DNA of 63,176 nt, filler included, from Porpidia crustulata (taxonomy: Eukaryota), in assembly GCA_964255105.1 (NCBI GenBank). It is 7 parts of 7 records of this genome, joined end to end, with 100 filler letters (N's around TTAATTAATTAA, not from the genome) between each part and the next. Parts side by side here need not be neighbours in the genome. Positions count along the whole stretch, not along the records: positions 54,261 to 63,176 come from CAXUWE010001027.1; 6 more parts are not named here. The stretch is one strand, 5' to 3'. This document shows, one piece after another, positions 60,547 through 63,176 of this stretch. The position numbers were made by a program, and so were the translations under genes. The notes below the pieces were generated by a model, which was given only the letters and a program-made list of their open reading frames with translations, ran no database searches and was not told the DNA's origin. The first letter of the stretch is position 1. The number at the start of each line of letters is the position of its first letter.

Positions 60547-62617
60547 ATGCCTGGAGAGAGACGAAATCTGAGGTCGAACAAGGAGACATCCTCGCAGACA
60601 AATGGAGAGAAAGCACGATCGGACTCTCAGAGCTCAAGCTCTAAAGATAAACCAGTCCCAACGCGGGCAACGTCGTCAAAGGGTAAGGCAATTCCTCCGA
60701 AGAAGACTACGACTACGTCAGCAAAGGACCCAAACGAAGACAAGCCACAAATCAATGGTAACGGGCCTACCGAGAACGGCGTAAATGGTACCGAAGATGT
60801 TGAGATGGCAGACGAGGGCGCAGAACGAGTGAAGGTTGGTACGGGCAAGGAGGGTGAAGACGAAATGGTCGTAGTTGTGCCACCACCGAAAAGCTCGAAA
60901 CTATTTGGTGAACCTGGTAAAGACGATGGAGGTGATGTTGCGATGGAGAACACTGAGCACGCAGAGACCAGCGAGCCAGAGGCTGAGAAAGTTGATCCCA
61001 AAATCAAAGCAGTTTCGGGTCAGTCTCCTAAATATAGCTCGTGCAGGACTTGGGTCTGGCTGCTGACAAATTTATACATGCTAATATCGTCTTCTACTAG
61101 ATATAAAAGCAAACTTCACGCTACTTGAGCAAGCTGTTTCCCAATTTGACGCCCGATTTACTCTGCGAGTACTTCGCTCGATGTCTTCAGTTCGCAAACA
61201 CCTTACTCAAGACCTTCTCGCACAAGTAATCACAGAGACCTACTTTTCATCAAGTCCAGTTGCCAAAACTTTATTAGCAGCCTTGGGCATGGAGCACACC
61301 CCTTTCAAGGGCCCTGATAGCGCTGCCGAGGTGGATGATGAAGAGACCGTGAAGGGAAAGCCAAGTATACCAGGAAAGCCGAAGGAGGTACTCCCTGAGG
61401 CAGACTTTTATTTGTCCATTCTGGTACAGATATATCTCTACGATACGAAAGCTGTCGAATTCGGAGCCAAATTCTCTAGCAGCCTCGTTGAGAAATTGCG
61501 AACGCAAAATCGCCGAACACTTGATGCGCTAGCTGCACGTGTATATTTCTACTACTCCCTCTTCTACGAACAGTTGGCCCCTCTTCCTCCATCGCCCATG
61601 GCATCTGTTGTGTCGATCCGACAAAATCTCTTGCAAGCACTACGCACTTCGGTTCTGAGAAAAGACCAAGACACCCGGGCTACCGTTACAACTCTACTCC
61701 TCCGCAACTATCTGTCGACATCCCACATCTCACAGGCCGATCTCCTGATTTCGCATTCTGAATTTCCTCCTGCTGCATCAAACAATCAAATTGTGCGGTA
61801 CCTGTACTATCTCGGCCGGATACGCGCTATACAACTGTCTTATACTGAGGCACACGAGCACCTTATTGGTGCCACGCGAAAGTCGCCCTCTACGCCAAGT
61901 GCTGGTGGTTTCTATCAAGCAGCATCCAAGCTATTGGTCGTCGTCGAACTTTTGATGGGAGACATTCCGGATCGATCTATCTTCCGCCGGCCAAGCCTGG
62001 AACAGACAATGCAACCTTATCTGAGCCTTGTTCAGGCTGTTCGTGTTGGGAAGATCGATGGGTTTCTAAACGTTGTTGATACTCATAACGCCGTCTTTCG
62101 ACGTGACGGCACTTACACACTCATTCTTCGTTTGCGTCAAAATGTCATCAAAACAGGAATACGGATGATGTCACTGTCATATGCCCGCATTTCTTTGAGG
62201 GATATTTGTTTGAAGCTAGATCTTGAGAGTGAGGAATCCGCAGAATACATTGTCGCCAAGGCCATTCGGGATGGAGTTATCGAGGCTACACTTGACCATG
62301 AGCACGGGTTCATGAAGAGCAAAGAGGTTGGTGACATATATGCCACTAGAGAACCTGGAGAGGCCTTCCATGATCGAATCAGGGCCTGTCTCGATCTCCA
62401 TGATGAGAGTGTCAAAGTAAGTTCATCGTAGAAAGTTGCTGATACTGTAGACGCGACGCTAATTGTATTCCAGGCCATGCGATTTCCCATGAACCAACAC
62501 CGACTAGAGCTTAAGAACGCCCAAGAAGCGCGAGAACGAGAGAGAGAACTAGCAAAGGAGATTGTGGAAGGCGACATGGACGATGACGATGCTGGTGGTG
62601 ACTTTGAAGGGATGTGA
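60547..62617 (+). CDS. RPN3: 26S proteasome lid subunit Rpn3
   Basis: ...FDARFTLRVLR...NRRTLD..AARVYFYY...LLLRNYL...SNNQIVRYLYYLGRIRAIQLSY...LRLRQNVIKTGIRMMSLSYARISL...AEYIVAKAIRDGVIEA...FHDRIRACL.LHDESVK|AMRFP. 3 exons. Confidence 0.97.
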
Positions 62618-63019
62618 CAGCTTGAAGTCCGCTGAGTGAAAGCTACATTGATATTTTCCTCGACAAATTGGCGGAGACAATTCTATCCGTTCGACACCCT
62701 GTGTTCTTAATACCTAACCTCCTCATCCGTGGGGAAAACGCTGCCAAGGGCCATTATCATTATGGGTTGGGAGTTACCATTACAGGTATTGCACAAGTGC
62801 TCATCACATGTAATAGCTTACTGTGGCTTCGATCACAAACAATTATTTCTCATTTTGGTGTACCATCACCACAGACAGACAGCACACAATTAGATTTACT
62901 ATTCCAACCATGAGCCCACTACAAAAGTGACTTGCCTCGAAATTCTTCCAACTCATGGTCACTACTTCTCCACGAACAAATACGCGCGTAAAAGTGTCCC
63001 TCAATTATCACCAGAGACC

Positions 63020-63176
63020 ATGATCCCCGTCCCCACCCGCCTGCGCACGCAGCTGGAGGCGTTCCTGGTGCTGCGGCGCAACCCGCTGGAGCTGTGGGGC
63101 GCGCTGGCCTACGAGAAGGATGTGCTGCCCGGCCGCTTCCTGGGCCGCGAGCAGCTGATGCTGAACGCGCCCGAGG
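63020..63176 (+). other. High-GC bacterial-like coding fragment resembling a cytochrome P450 N-terminus; probable chimeric contig end
   Basis: Abrupt shift to very high GC with CTG/CGC/GAG codons. Reads PVPTRLRTQLEAFLVLRRNPLELWGALAYEKDVLPGRFLGREQLMLNAPE and is open to the window end. Confidence 0.6.

Overview
Eukaryotic DNA from a filamentous ascomycete (Pezizomycotina). A lichen-forming fungus from a metagenome bin is possible but is inference only. The window is not contiguous: seven contigs of 8969, 8948, 8948, 8945, 8926, 8924 and 8916 bp, sorted by length, are joined by artificial 100-bp linkers (N44-TTAATTAATTAA-N44), so gene order across linkers is meaningless. It holds about 26 mostly intron-containing genes, mainly housekeeping: MpaB-like oxygenase, mitochondrial ProRS, two Cys-rich surface proteins, MRPS35, BXI1, septin CDC11, HSV2, IST3, dynein LIC, ACR-2-like Zn2Cys6 factor, GH3 BglE, BTB protein, isochorismatase, IAH1, SnoaL-like protein, GT2, ECM25-like RhoGAP, MET6, steroid reductase, TAF12, UDP-glucose dehydrogenase, SPC34 and RPN3. 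The most notable hidden elements are a double-guide box C/D snoRNA in an MRPS35 intron, a retropepsin-like domain with Cys in place of the catalytic Asp, a 73-aa Cys-rich spliced microgene, a probable GC-AG intron, RIP-like relics, and a bacterial-looking P450 fragment joined at a GATC site at the window end. No prokaryotic-type defence system, CRISPR array or intact transposon was found. All exon boundaries and family assignments are from manual reading and motif recall, not database searches.
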